A DNA stretch of 64,000 nucleotides from an uncultured Clostridia bacterium (GTDB taxonomy: Bacteria; Bacillota; Clostridia; Oscillospirales; CAG-272). The notes under the pieces are model-generated. The model was given only the letters and a program-made list of their open reading frames with translations. It was not told where the DNA came from and made no database searches. Below are positions 1 to 7,909 of this stretch, one piece after another (position 1 is the stretch's first letter; every line of letters begins with the position of its first letter). The stretch covers positions 10,901-74,900 of the forward strand of contig CANRIL010000008.1 in NCBI GenBank assembly GCA_947630625.1, given 5' to 3'. The translations under genes were made by a program, and so were the position numbers.

Positions 1-1041
1 TTCGCCCGACTGCGAGATCGCGATGACGAGCGTTCTTTCGTTAAGTATCGGGCTTGCGTAACGCAGCTCGCTCGCGAGCTCCGCCGTCGTCGGGATGCGG
101 CACAGCGACTCGATCACATATCTGCCGACAACTCCGGCGTGATACGCGCTGCCGCACGCCGTGATCACGATGCGGTCGATTTTCGATATATCAAGCGATT
201 CGAGCCCTTCCGGCGAAAATTTTCCTTCCTTGAGTCTCGGATTTATCGTCGCCTCAAGCGCCCTCGGCTGCTCCATTATCTCCTTGAGCATGAAGTGCTC
301 GTATCCGCCCTTTTCCGCCGCCTCGGCGTCCCACGTCACCTTTTCATATGTGGGTCTGACCTTTGCGCCGATCGAATTGTAGATCGTGACGCCGTCCGGC
401 GTCACCTTCGCGAACATTCCGTCGTCAAGATGAATGATATTTTTTGTATGGCTTATAAACGCGGTCACATCGGACGCGAAATAATTCTCGCCCGCGCCGA
501 TGCCGATGATGAGCGGGCTCATATTGCGCACGGCGAACAGCGTCCCCGGGAAGTCCGAGCAGACGATCCCGAGCGCGTATGACCCTTCAAGGCGCGAGGT
601 CGCCTTCATGACAGTATTTTTGAAGTCGCCGTCGTAGTAATAATCGAGCAGATTGACAACTACCTCGCTGTCCGTCTCACTCTGAAACTTCATTCCGTGG
701 CGCGTCAGCTCTTCGCGCAGCGCCTCATAATTCTCGATTATGCCGTTATGCACGATCGCGAATTTTCCGTCGGCGGACGCATGTGGATGCGCGTTCGTAT
801 CGGTGGGAGCACCGTGCGTCGCCCACCGCGTATGCCCGATGCCTGATGTTCCCGGCAGCTCGTCTCCGATCTTTTCGTCGAGCACGCTTATCCTTCCCTG
901 CGACTTCACGGTCCTTATGACATTTCCGTCGCAGACGGAAACTCCCGCCGAATCGTAGCCGCGATATTCAAGCCGGCGCAGCCCCTCGATCAGGATCTCC
1001 CGCGCTCTTCCTTTTCCCGTGTATCCGATTATCCCGCACAT
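1..1041 (-). CDS. glmS: glutamine--fructose-6-phosphate aminotransferase, 5' part (runs off the window start)
   Basis: My translation of the minus strand from the ATG at 1039-1041 gives MCGIIGYTGKGRAREILIEGLRRLEYRGYDSAGVSV...GIGHTRWATHGAPTDTNAHPH. This is the Cys2 class-II amidotransferase N-terminus with the GlmS-type LEGLRRLEYRGYDSAG motif. AGGAGG lies 11 nt upstream. Absent from the ORF track because the window edge truncates it. Confidence 0.85.
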   Translation of the reverse strand, partial: MCGIIGYTGKGRAREILIEGLRRLEYRGYDSAGVSVCDGNVIRTVKSQGRISVLDEKIGDELPGTSGIGHTRWATHGAPTDTNAHPHASADGKFAIVHNGIIENYEALREELTRHGMKFQSETDSEVVVNLLDYYYDGDFKNTVMKATSRLEGSYALGIVCSDFPGTLFAVRNMSPLIIGIGAGENYFASDVTAFISHTKNIIHLDDGMFAKVTPDGVTIYNSIGAKVRPTYEKVTWDAEAAEKGGYEHFMLKEIMEQPRALEATINPRLKEGKFSPEGLESLDISKIDRIVITACGSAYHAGVVGRYVIESLCRIPTTAELASELRYASPILNERTLVIAISQSGE

Positions 1042-1115
1042 GATTCTATGTTCCTCCTGAAACGTCGTTTACATCGCCGCGGGCGCGTTTTTCGCGCCCG
1101 CGGCCTGTTTTTTCA

Positions 1116-2531
1116 TTATATGTTGATCTCGGCGCTTGCGCCGCCGACTCCCTGCAGCATCGGGGAGAGCCTGTTCAGATATGCCGTGACCTGTTCCGGG
1201 CAGCGGCCGATATATAGCGACGGTTCTAGCACCGCCTCCATCTCCGCCTCCGTCATGCCGAACTCCGGATGCTTTGCAAGCTCCGCGAGCAGTCCGCATT
1301 CCTCGCCGTTCTTCATCCTCGCGGTCGCCGCCATCGAGCACTCGCGGATGATCTCGTGGATCTCCTGCCTGTCTCCTCCGCGCTTGACGCCTTCCATCAT
1401 GAGGTTTTCTGTCGCGATGAACGGCAGATATTTTTTCACCTCGGCTTCGATGATCTTTTCATTGACGTGCAGCCCGTCGGTGACGTTTGCGGCGAGGCGG
1501 AGCACCGCGTCCGCGCACAAAAATCCTTCCGGGAGCGAAATGCGGCGGTTTGCCGAATCGTCAAGCGTCCGTTCGAGCCACTGCGTCGACGCCGTCATCG
1601 CGGCGTTCGCCGCGTCCGCCATGAGATAACGCGAGAGCGAACAGATACGCTCGCACCTCATCGGATTGCGCTTGTACGCCATCGCGGACGAGCCGATCTG
1701 ATTCTTCTCAAACGGTTCCTCGACCTGCCTGTCGTGCTGCAAAAGCCTTATGTCGTTCGCCATCCTATACGCGCTCTGCGCGATCGACGAGAGCACGTTG
1801 AGTATCCTCGAATCAGCCTTTCTCGGATACGTCTGCCCCGAGACATCAAACAGGCGGTCAAATCCGAATTCGTCCGCTATCATGCGGTTCATGCGGTCGA
1901 TTTTGTCCGTGTCGCCCTCAAAGAGCTCGCAGAAGCTCGCCTCAGTCCCGGTCGTGCCGCGGCATCCGAGAAATTTCATGTTGTCGATCACAAAATCGAG
2001 TTCCTCAACGTCCGACACGAAATCCTGCATCCAGAGCGTCGCCCGCTTGCCGACAGTGACGAGCTGCGCGGGCTGATAATGCGTATATCCGAGCGTCGGC
2101 AGCGCCTTATATTCGTCGGCAAAGACCGAGAGATTCTTTATCACCGAAAGAAGCTCGGAACGAAGATATTTAAGTCCGTCGCGGTAGATTATGAGGTCGG
2201 CGTTGTCCGTCACATAGCAGCTTGTCGCGCCCAGATGTATGATTCCCGCCGCGGATTTTGCAACGTCGCCGTAAGCGTGAACGTGCGCCATAACGTCATG
2301 ACGGAACTTGCGCTCGTATTCGTCTGATACCGCGTAGTCTATATCGTCAACGTGCGCCTCAAGATCGGCGATCTGCTCCTCCGTTATCGGCAGACCGAGC
2401 TCATGCTCCGCCTTCGCAAGTGCGATCCAGAGACGCCGCCACGTCACGGTTCGCGTGTCGCGCGAAAACAGGCGCAGCATATATTCGGACGCGTACCGCT
2501 GCGACAGCGGGGATTCGTATTTATCGTTCAT
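1116..2531 (-). CDS. purB: adenylosuccinate lyase
   Basis: 471-aa ORF with an N-terminus YESPLSQRYAS... and the lyase signature GSSAMAYKRNP. Length is typical of PurB. Confidence 0.93.
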   Translation of the reverse strand: MNDKYESPLSQRYASEYMLRLFSRDTRTVTWRRLWIALAKAEHELGLPITEEQIADLEAHVDDIDYAVSDEYERKFRHDVMAHVHAYGDVAKSAAGIIHLGATSCYVTDNADLIIYRDGLKYLRSELLSVIKNLSVFADEYKALPTLGYTHYQPAQLVTVGKRATLWMQDFVSDVEELDFVIDNMKFLGCRGTTGTEASFCELFEGDTDKIDRMNRMIADEFGFDRLFDVSGQTYPRKADSRILNVLSSIAQSAYRMANDIRLLQHDRQVEEPFEKNQIGSSAMAYKRNPMRCERICSLSRYLMADAANAAMTASTQWLERTLDDSANRRISLPEGFLCADAVLRLAANVTDGLHVNEKIIEAEVKKYLPFIATENLMMEGVKRGGDRQEIHEIIRECSMAATARMKNGEECGLLAELAKHPEFGMTEAEMEAVLEPSLYIGRCPEQVTAYLNRLSPMLQGVGGASAEINI

Positions 2532-2557
2532 TTTTCAAGTATCCTTTATATTTATGT

Positions 2558-3832
2558 TTATCTCACAATGATGCTGTCGCGTTCCGCGCCGACGGAGACA
2601 TAACCGATGCGGCACCCTATCTCCGACTCGATATAGAGCACGTATTCGCGCGCCGCTTCCGGCAGGTCTTCCCACCGGCGGACGCCTGAAATATCCGTTT
2701 TCCAGCCGTCCATATATTCGATCACGGGCTTCGCGCTGTCAAGCAGCGCGGGGAACGGGAACCTGTCGACGATCTCCCCGTCTATCATATAATGCTTGCA
2801 GACCGGTATCTTTTCCATATATGAGAGCACGTCGAGCTTCGTGAGCGCAATATTCGTCGCCCCCTGCACCTCGACGCCGTACCGCGTCGCAACGATGTCG
2901 ATCGGACCTACGCGGCGCGGGCGTCCCGTCTTTGCCCCGTATTCTCCGCCGGCCTCGCGCAGACGTTCCGCCTCGTCACCGAACCACTCCGCCGTGAACG
3001 GACCTTCGCCGACGCAAGTCGAATACGCCTTTACAACGCCGATGACCTCGTCGACTTTGAGCGAGGGGCAGCCGCACCCGATAGGCGCATATGCCGCGAG
3101 CGTATTCGAGGACGTTGTATAGGGGTGAATGCCGTAGTCGATATCGCGGAGCGAGCCGAGCTGCGCTTCAAAGAGGATATTCACACCTTTGTCCCGCATT
3201 CCGGCGAGCAGCAGCCCCGTGTCGCATATATACGGCTTGATGCGCTCGCAATATTTGTCAAGCCACATATCGAGCATTTCCATAGTATAGCCCACGGCGC
3301 CGTAGACGCGCGTGAGCGTGAGATTTTTCCATTCCAGAAGGTCGTGTAGATGCTCGCGCAGACGCTCCGGATAAAGGAGCTCGCCGGCAAGTATCGTCTT
3401 CTTTGCGTATTTATCCGAATAAAACGGCGCGATCCCCTGCTTTGTCGAGCCGAACTGCTTGTCCGCAAGTCTTGCCTCCTCAAGCCCGTCGAGCTCGCGG
3501 TGCCACGGCAGAAGGATCGAAGCGCGGTCGCTGATCTTAAGTTTTTCCGGCGTCACGTAAACGCCCTTTTCGGCAACGTCGTCGATCTCCGCACAAAGAT
3601 TCTCGGGGTCGACGGCAACGCCGTTTCCGAGAATGTTCACAACTCCGTCGCGGAATATGCCCGACGGCAGAAGATGGAGCGCGAATTTGCCGTATTCGTT
3701 TATGATGGTGTGTCCGGCGTTTCCGCCGCCCTGATATCTGACGACGGCGCCGCAGCTTTCGGTGAGAAGGTCGACCATGCGCCCCTTGCCTTCGTCTCCC
3801 CAGTTGATACCTACGATTGCGAAATTAGCCAC
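2558..3832 (-). CDS. purA: adenylosuccinate synthetase
   Basis: Motifs NWGDEGKG, GGNAGHT and GSTKQGIAP. The longest ORF reaches 3886 (GTG). N-terminal homology (M/V-ANFAIVGINWGDEGKG) favours the GTG at 3830-3832. Start is uncertain. Confidence 0.9.
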   Translation of the reverse strand: MANFAIVGINWGDEGKGRMVDLLTESCGAVVRYQGGGNAGHTIINEYGKFALHLLPSGIFRDGVVNILGNGVAVDPENLCAEIDDVAEKGVYVTPEKLKISDRASILLPWHRELDGLEEARLADKQFGSTKQGIAPFYSDKYAKKTILAGELLYPERLREHLHDLLEWKNLTLTRVYGAVGYTMEMLDMWLDKYCERIKPYICDTGLLLAGMRDKGVNILFEAQLGSLRDIDYGIHPYTTSSNTLAAYAPIGCGCPSLKVDEVIGVVKAYSTCVGEGPFTAEWFGDEAERLREAGGEYGAKTGRPRRVGPIDIVATRYGVEVQGATNIALTKLDVLSYMEKIPVCKHYMIDGEIVDRFPFPALLDSAKPVIEYMDGWKTDISGVRRWEDLPEAAREYVLYIESEIGCRIGYVSVGAERDSIIVR

Positions 3833-3944
3833 TTTTTTGTTCCGTACGCACGGCACATCCGTGCGCCCTTTCTGTTTTGCGCGCACGGCAGCCGCCGCGC
3901 GTCGGCTTTTTTGGGTTTTGCACCTTTAAAGGCACACCGCTTTT

Positions 3945-3973
3945 ATTATACAGCATATTTGCGCTTTCCGCAA
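3945..3973 (-). promoter_or_regulatory. candidate sigma-A promoter for purA-purB (TTGCGG-17 nt-TATAAT)
   Basis: On the minus strand, -35 TTGCGG is at 3973-3968, followed by a 17-nt spacer ending in TG, then -10 TATAAT at 3950-3945. It lies about 110 nt upstream of the purA start. Confidence 0.45.
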
Positions 3974-4082
3974 TACAAAAAAACGATTTGTGCCGGTTGC
4001 TTTTTTGCGCAATATTTTGTTGACCTGCCGGCAAATATAATTTCGGAAGACAAGCGGTTTTGCCGGGCAAGTACGGCGAGCC

Positions 4083-4730
4083 TTACGAGTCCTTATACGT
4101 CTTGATGATTATCTCGGCGACCTCGCGCTTGCGAATGCACCGCTCCATCGCCTGCCGCTCGATATAACGGTGCGCCTCCGCTTCCGTCATCTTGAGGTTG
4201 TCGATCAAAAGCCACTTCGCGCGGTTCACGAGCTTCATGTCCTCGAGCTTTTCTTCGGCCGAGGCCGTCGCGCTGCGCAGCCTGCGCTGGCGCTCCGCAA
4301 TCGCGCACATGAAGTCCGCCGCCTGCTCCATCATCGGCACCGTGACGGGCTTTCTGACAGCCAGCACGCCGTGCGTGCGGACGCTGTCGCGGACGGATCC
4401 ATATTCGCACGCGGCGACGAGCAGCAGCACGACGGCGCCGCTTTCAGCCGCGTCGACCGCGAGGCTTCGGGCGTCTTCGTCGTTATGCTGCGCGTTTATA
4501 AAATACATCTCGTATACTCTCTCCCGCGCGGCGGCGCGCGCCTCTTTCGGGGACGACACCGAATCGACCGGCGCGAAAAGACCGCTCGGCAAAAGCTCCG
4601 AAAGCATGCCGAACAGCTTGTCTGACTGTGAAACGACGAGCGTGCTGTATATGGTCTTCCCCTCCCTCCGGGCGCCAGGCGGCGCGTCTATATTCGATAG
4701 TATATCACATAAACCGGCGTTTTGCCACAA
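4083..4730 (-). CDS. ANTAR-domain RNA-binding antiterminator with pseudo-receiver N-domain (AmiR/NasR-like)
   Basis: The C-terminus EEKLEDMKLVNRAKWLLIDNLKMTEAEAHRYIERQAMERCIRKREVAEIII is a clear ANTAR helix pattern. The N-domain has receiver-like strand order but lacks the acidic pocket (LVVSQSDK instead of DD). Coordinates give the maximal TTG ORF; the real start is probably near 4652 (see findings). Confidence 0.8.
   Translation of the reverse strand: MWQNAGLCDILSNIDAPPGARREGKTIYSTLVVSQSDKLFGMLSELLPSGLFAPVDSVSSPKEARAAARERVYEMYFINAQHNDEDARSLAVDAAESGAVVLLLVAACEYGSVRDSVRTHGVLAVRKPVTVPMMEQAADFMCAIAERQRRLRSATASAEEKLEDMKLVNRAKWLLIDNLKMTEAEAHRYIERQAMERCIRKREVAEIIIKTYKDS
4699..4707 (-). promoter_or_regulatory. 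extended -10 element TGATATACT upstream of the ANTAR gene
   Basis: Minus strand reads TGaTATACT. It lies inside the 5' end of the maximal ORF and about 30 nt upstream of a GGAGGGAGGGG Shine-Dalgarno. Confidence 0.4.
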
Positions 4731-4927
4731 TATTTTTTTGAATGTCAGGTTTTATCAAGCAAAAAATTATAGATCACCCCCCGTGCCCGACCGCGAATTC
4801 TGCGCATGACTTGAAAAGCCGCGCGCGATGTAGTAAAATTTTTTTATAAAACGGTGAAATGATCGCGCGATTTTTGCGAGTATATGTTATGAAGGACAAA
4901 AATATTTTCCGAAGGCGGTGATGACAA

Positions 4928-5488
4928 CTGGACGATTCAAAAATAGTCGAACTCTTCTGGCGGCGCCGGGAGGAGGCTATACATGAACTTTCGGACAAAT
5001 ACGGCGGCATACTCTCGCGCGTCGCGGTGAACATCTTAGGCGACCGCATGGACGCGGAGGAATGCGTCAACGACGCTTACCTCGCGTGCTGGAACTCGAT
5101 CCCGCCGGAGAGCCCGCAGCAGCTGCTCTCATACGTATGCAGAATAGTTCGGAACATATCGATCAGCCGGCACAGAAAAAATACGGCGTCGAAGCGGAAA
5201 TGCACGAAATATGACAAGGCGCTTGACGAGCTTGAGGTCTGCCTCGCCTCACCTGACACGGTCGAGGGCGCCGTCAGCGAAGAGGCGCTCTCCAAAGAGA
5301 TCAACAGTTTTCTGGAACGCCTTGACGCCGAGACGCGCGTAATGTTTGTGCGAAGATACTATTATTCCGACACAATATCCGACATCGCGAAGATAACGCG
5401 GATGTCAAATAACGCGGTATCGCTCAAGCTGTTCCGCGCCAGAGAAAAGCTCAGAGAATATCTGACGGAAAGGGGGTACCTCGGATGA
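4928..5488 (+). CDS. ECF-type sigma-70 family RNA polymerase sigma factor (paralog 1)
   Basis: The region 2/4 pattern (EDAEECVNDAYLACWNSIPP...; C-terminal HTH ISDIAKITRMSNNAVSLKLFRAREKL) aligns residue for residue with the sigma at 24599-25156. The track ORF starts at GTG 5027, but homology continues in frame back to CTG 4928 (LDDSKIVELFW versus MDDRKIVDLYW). Confidence 0.85.
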   Translation: MDDSKIVELFWRRREEAIHELSDKYGGILSRVAVNILGDRMDAEECVNDAYLACWNSIPPESPQQLLSYVCRIVRNISISRHRKNTASKRKCTKYDKALDELEVCLASPDTVEGAVSEEALSKEINSFLERLDAETRVMFVRRYYYSDTISDIAKITRMSNNAVSLKLFRAREKLREYLTERGYLG

Positions 5489-7689
5489 ACCGGGAAACGA
5501 TTTCAAACGTGATCGGCAAAATCGATCCCGCATATATAGCTGAGGCGGGGGAATACCGCGTCAGCCGGGAGGAAACGCGCGACGGTCGCATCCTCAACTA
5601 TATCGCAGCGGCGTGCGCGGTCGTCGTGCTGATCGTCGCCCTGCCGCTCATCTCAAAGTTCGTGTTCCGCGGCAAAACCCCGGGGAACGTCCCCGGCGAG
5701 ACCGGCGACGGACTTGGCTCCGAGGTCACCGTACGCCCCGAAGACACCGATGCTCCGAGTGATGTGCTCAGCGACACCGTTGACCTTTACAGCTGCATCA
5801 CGCAGGACGACCTGAACCGTGTGTCGAACGGGATGATGTATGAAGACGTAAAATCAACGCTCGGCTGCGCCCCGTGCGCCGTCAGCAGAGGCGAAACGCT
5901 CATTTTGCGCTATATGCTCGACGGCCGGAACGCTTTCGCTGAGATAGCGATGGAGAAAAACAGCGTCTCTTACTATATCGTCACCGGGATCGGACAGGTG
6001 CTTTGCAGCGGCGGCACGGAGCCCGCTTACGACCTTTCGGGGTTTGCCGATGCGGGGGAAAAACTGGCGCTGACTCTTGCAGCGCGGTACGATTCTGACA
6101 TATTCGACATCGACGCTTCATTGATCAGTTTTACCTTCGAAAACGGCCTCGACGAAGAAGTGCGCGTCGATCCCCTTTATATGCTCGAAAAACGGATCAA
6201 TTCCGATTCGACGGATAACGATGAATGGCTCGCGGTCGATTATGACGAAAGCGCCGTCCAGTCAGGGCAGACCGCGGTCGCGCCGGGAGAAACGGCAAAG
6301 CTGACGCTCACTGTCCGCAGCCTCTACGGCTATCTGTCCCCCGGCAGATACAGGCTGACCGCCGTCGCCGACGGCGAGGACGCCTCATACGCCGTGACGA
6401 TAGAATTTTCGATATCGAATAATGCCCGGGCGCTGCTCGCCGAGGCGACAGATTATGATCCCGAATGCAGGATCACATCGGCGGCTGCCGACACAATAAA
6501 GAGCGGGACGAAATTGCAGCAGAACATCGCATCATACGGCCTGCCGGCACAAATTCTCAGCCTTGATCCCTTGACGGTGCGCTACATCGTCGCCGGGGAC
6601 AAAGAAGGCGTCGACATCGAATACAGTTACCCGGCAAAAGATCAGGTGTCGTATATCGCCGTCCGCGTCACGCGGCGGGAGGCGGAAGAAATTGACCGTC
6701 TCACCTCGGATTCGGTCTATGATTTTTACAATTTCTATGTCAAGCGCCTTGGCGTCACTGTCGATGATATAAATAAATATATCGGGGAATCAAACAGAGA
6801 TATCGGAAACACCGCGCTCTACAAAACAGACGGCGGCACGCTTTCCCTCGTGTATGGCAGCATTACGAACGGCGCAAATTCCTCCGTTGTCTCCGAACTG
6901 AGATATTCAAGCATCAGGCAGGCGGAGGAAGAAAAAATCGCCTCGTCAGTAAAGAAAAATATGCCGTTTGACGCGGTGATAAAGAATTTCGGGCTGCCGG
7001 ACAAAGTAAAGCTTTCTTCCAGGCTCTACGAACAATATGTCACGGAGATATACTATTTCTTTGAATCGGGCAACGCGGCGATCGTAAGCGTCAAAAACGA
7101 CGCTAACGGCACTCCTCGCGTTTACGATATCAGGATTCGCGCTCAGGATGCTATTTTCGATTATCCGAAAATCGATGAGGAAACTGTCGAACAGGTCATA
7201 CCGCGCATCATGCCCGGAATGACGGAAGCTGAGGTGAACGCATACCTCGGCAGCCCGCGCATGATCTTAGCGAGAACGGACGCGCCGTTAACGCGGGAGG
7301 CACGTCATTTTTGCAGCGACGGCTCGATGTTCGTCGTACTGTACCGGAATTCTGACGGGAAGGAGCGCACCGTCGCGGGAGTGTCGCTCGTCGGCGACAG
7401 CGGCGCTTCATGCCTCGATTTATCGTGCGTCATAAGCATGTGCGGCAGCGGCAGCGTCGTCTCGCATGAAGAGATAAACCAGGTAACAGGCGGGACGACG
7501 CTTGAAGAGATCGTTGAAAAATTCGGAGTGCCGACGAAATTTGAAGGGCGCATCGACGACAAATATACGTTCAGCTACGCGCTCGCTGACAGGAGCATCA
7601 GCATCCATATCACGTTCAGGATGAGGTTTTATATTGAAGACGGCGCAATGCGCGCCGTGCTTGAAGTCGTCGACAAATATTATTTATGA
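5485..7689 (+). CDS. putative anti-sigma factor / membrane-anchored protein with large repeat-containing extracytoplasmic domain
   Basis: Its start overlaps the sigma stop (ATGA). A short cytoplasmic N-terminus (ISNVIGKIDPAYIAEA) is followed by one TM helix (ILNYIAAACAVVVLIVALPLI) and about 670 aa outside, containing six copies of a ..(T/S)xxE(V/I)xxxxGxP.. module. Confidence 0.6.
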   Translation: MNRETISNVIGKIDPAYIAEAGEYRVSREETRDGRILNYIAAACAVVVLIVALPLISKFVFRGKTPGNVPGETGDGLGSEVTVRPEDTDAPSDVLSDTVDLYSCITQDDLNRVSNGMMYEDVKSTLGCAPCAVSRGETLILRYMLDGRNAFAEIAMEKNSVSYYIVTGIGQVLCSGGTEPAYDLSGFADAGEKLALTLAARYDSDIFDIDASLISFTFENGLDEEVRVDPLYMLEKRINSDSTDNDEWLAVDYDESAVQSGQTAVAPGETAKLTLTVRSLYGYLSPGRYRLTAVADGEDASYAVTIEFSISNNARALLAEATDYDPECRITSAAADTIKSGTKLQQNIASYGLPAQILSLDPLTVRYIVAGDKEGVDIEYSYPAKDQVSYIAVRVTRREAEEIDRLTSDSVYDFYNFYVKRLGVTVDDINKYIGESNRDIGNTALYKTDGGTLSLVYGSITNGANSSVVSELRYSSIRQAEEEKIASSVKKNMPFDAVIKNFGLPDKVKLSSRLYEQYVTEIYYFFESGNAAIVSVKNDANGTPRVYDIRIRAQDAIFDYPKIDEETVEQVIPRIMPGMTEAEVNAYLGSPRMILARTDAPLTREARHFCSDGSMFVVLYRNSDGKERTVAGVSLVGDSGASCLDLSCVISMCGSGSVVSHEEINQVTGGTTLEEIVEKFGVPTKFEGRIDDKYTFSYALADRSISIHITFRMRFYIEDGAMRAVLEVVDKYYL

Positions 7690-7781
7690 TAAACTGCATA
7701 AATGACATGCTGCGCGTTCGTTTTGTGACAGATCACACGTTTTATAGGCGATGAAAAATCAAATTTGTGCAATATCACAGA

Positions 7782-7810
7782 TTGACAAATTGCATTTGTT
7801 GACGTATAAT
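7782..7810 (+). promoter_or_regulatory. consensus sigma-A promoter of glnA (TTGACA-17 nt-TATAAT)
   Basis: TTGACA at 7782-7787, an exact 17-nt spacer, then TATAAT at 7805-7810. It lies 100 nt upstream of the glnA ATG. Confidence 0.75.
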
Positions 7811-7819
7811 GACGATGTC

Positions 7820-7867
7820 GAAGGCAAAGGCGTCTTCCGGGGAACCGGAGGGCGCCTTCTCTTCATT
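7820..7867 (+). promoter_or_regulatory. glnA 5' leader: terminator-like 12-bp hairpin with a competing upstream hexaloop hairpin (candidate attenuator)
   Basis: The stem 7829-7840 / 7845-7856 (GGCGUCUUCCGG-GGAA-CCGGAGGGCGCC, two G-U pairs) is followed by UUCUCUUCAUU. The alternative hairpin 7820-7825 / 7832-7837 with loop AAAGGC shares the 5' arm of the large stem. Confidence 0.45.
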
Positions 7868-7909
7868 ATGAGCCAAAATAAAAATGAAACGGGGAACGAC
7901 TGAACAACT

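Noticed and set aside
139-958. Plus-strand ORFs at the window start (139-582, 161-382, 740-958)
   Set aside because: They lie antisense to the glmS coding sequence, which translates cleanly into the GlmS N-terminal domain.
1042-1115. glmS ribozyme upstream of glmS
   Set aside because: The intergenic space is only 74 nt and is occupied by a simple GC hairpin, so a ribozyme core of about 170 nt cannot fit.
1269-2327. Long antisense or alternative-frame ORFs inside real genes (for example 1269-2327, 3350-4105, 12217-13155, 30713-31765, 36476-37324, 46168-46986, 59504-60199, 61627-62355)
   Set aside because: These are typical shadow ORFs of a high-GC genome. Their translations are Arg/Ala/Pro-rich and low in complexity, they lack SD sequences, and each is fully nested in a gene with clear family motifs on the other strand or in another frame.
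3833-3944. Purine or ZTP riboswitch in the purA leader
   Set aside because: I could not find the purine-riboswitch junction motifs or the ZTP (pfl) GGGUCGUGAC / CCGCCUGGGC-type motifs. Only a simple 7-bp hairpin (CGCACGG/CCGUGCG) is present.
7840-7860. A second ANTAR hexaloop hairpin (loop AGGGCG, 7849-7854) in the glnA leader
   Set aside because: Only two base pairs can close that loop, so a canonical dual-hairpin ANTAR substrate cannot be claimed. Only the first hairpin is reported.
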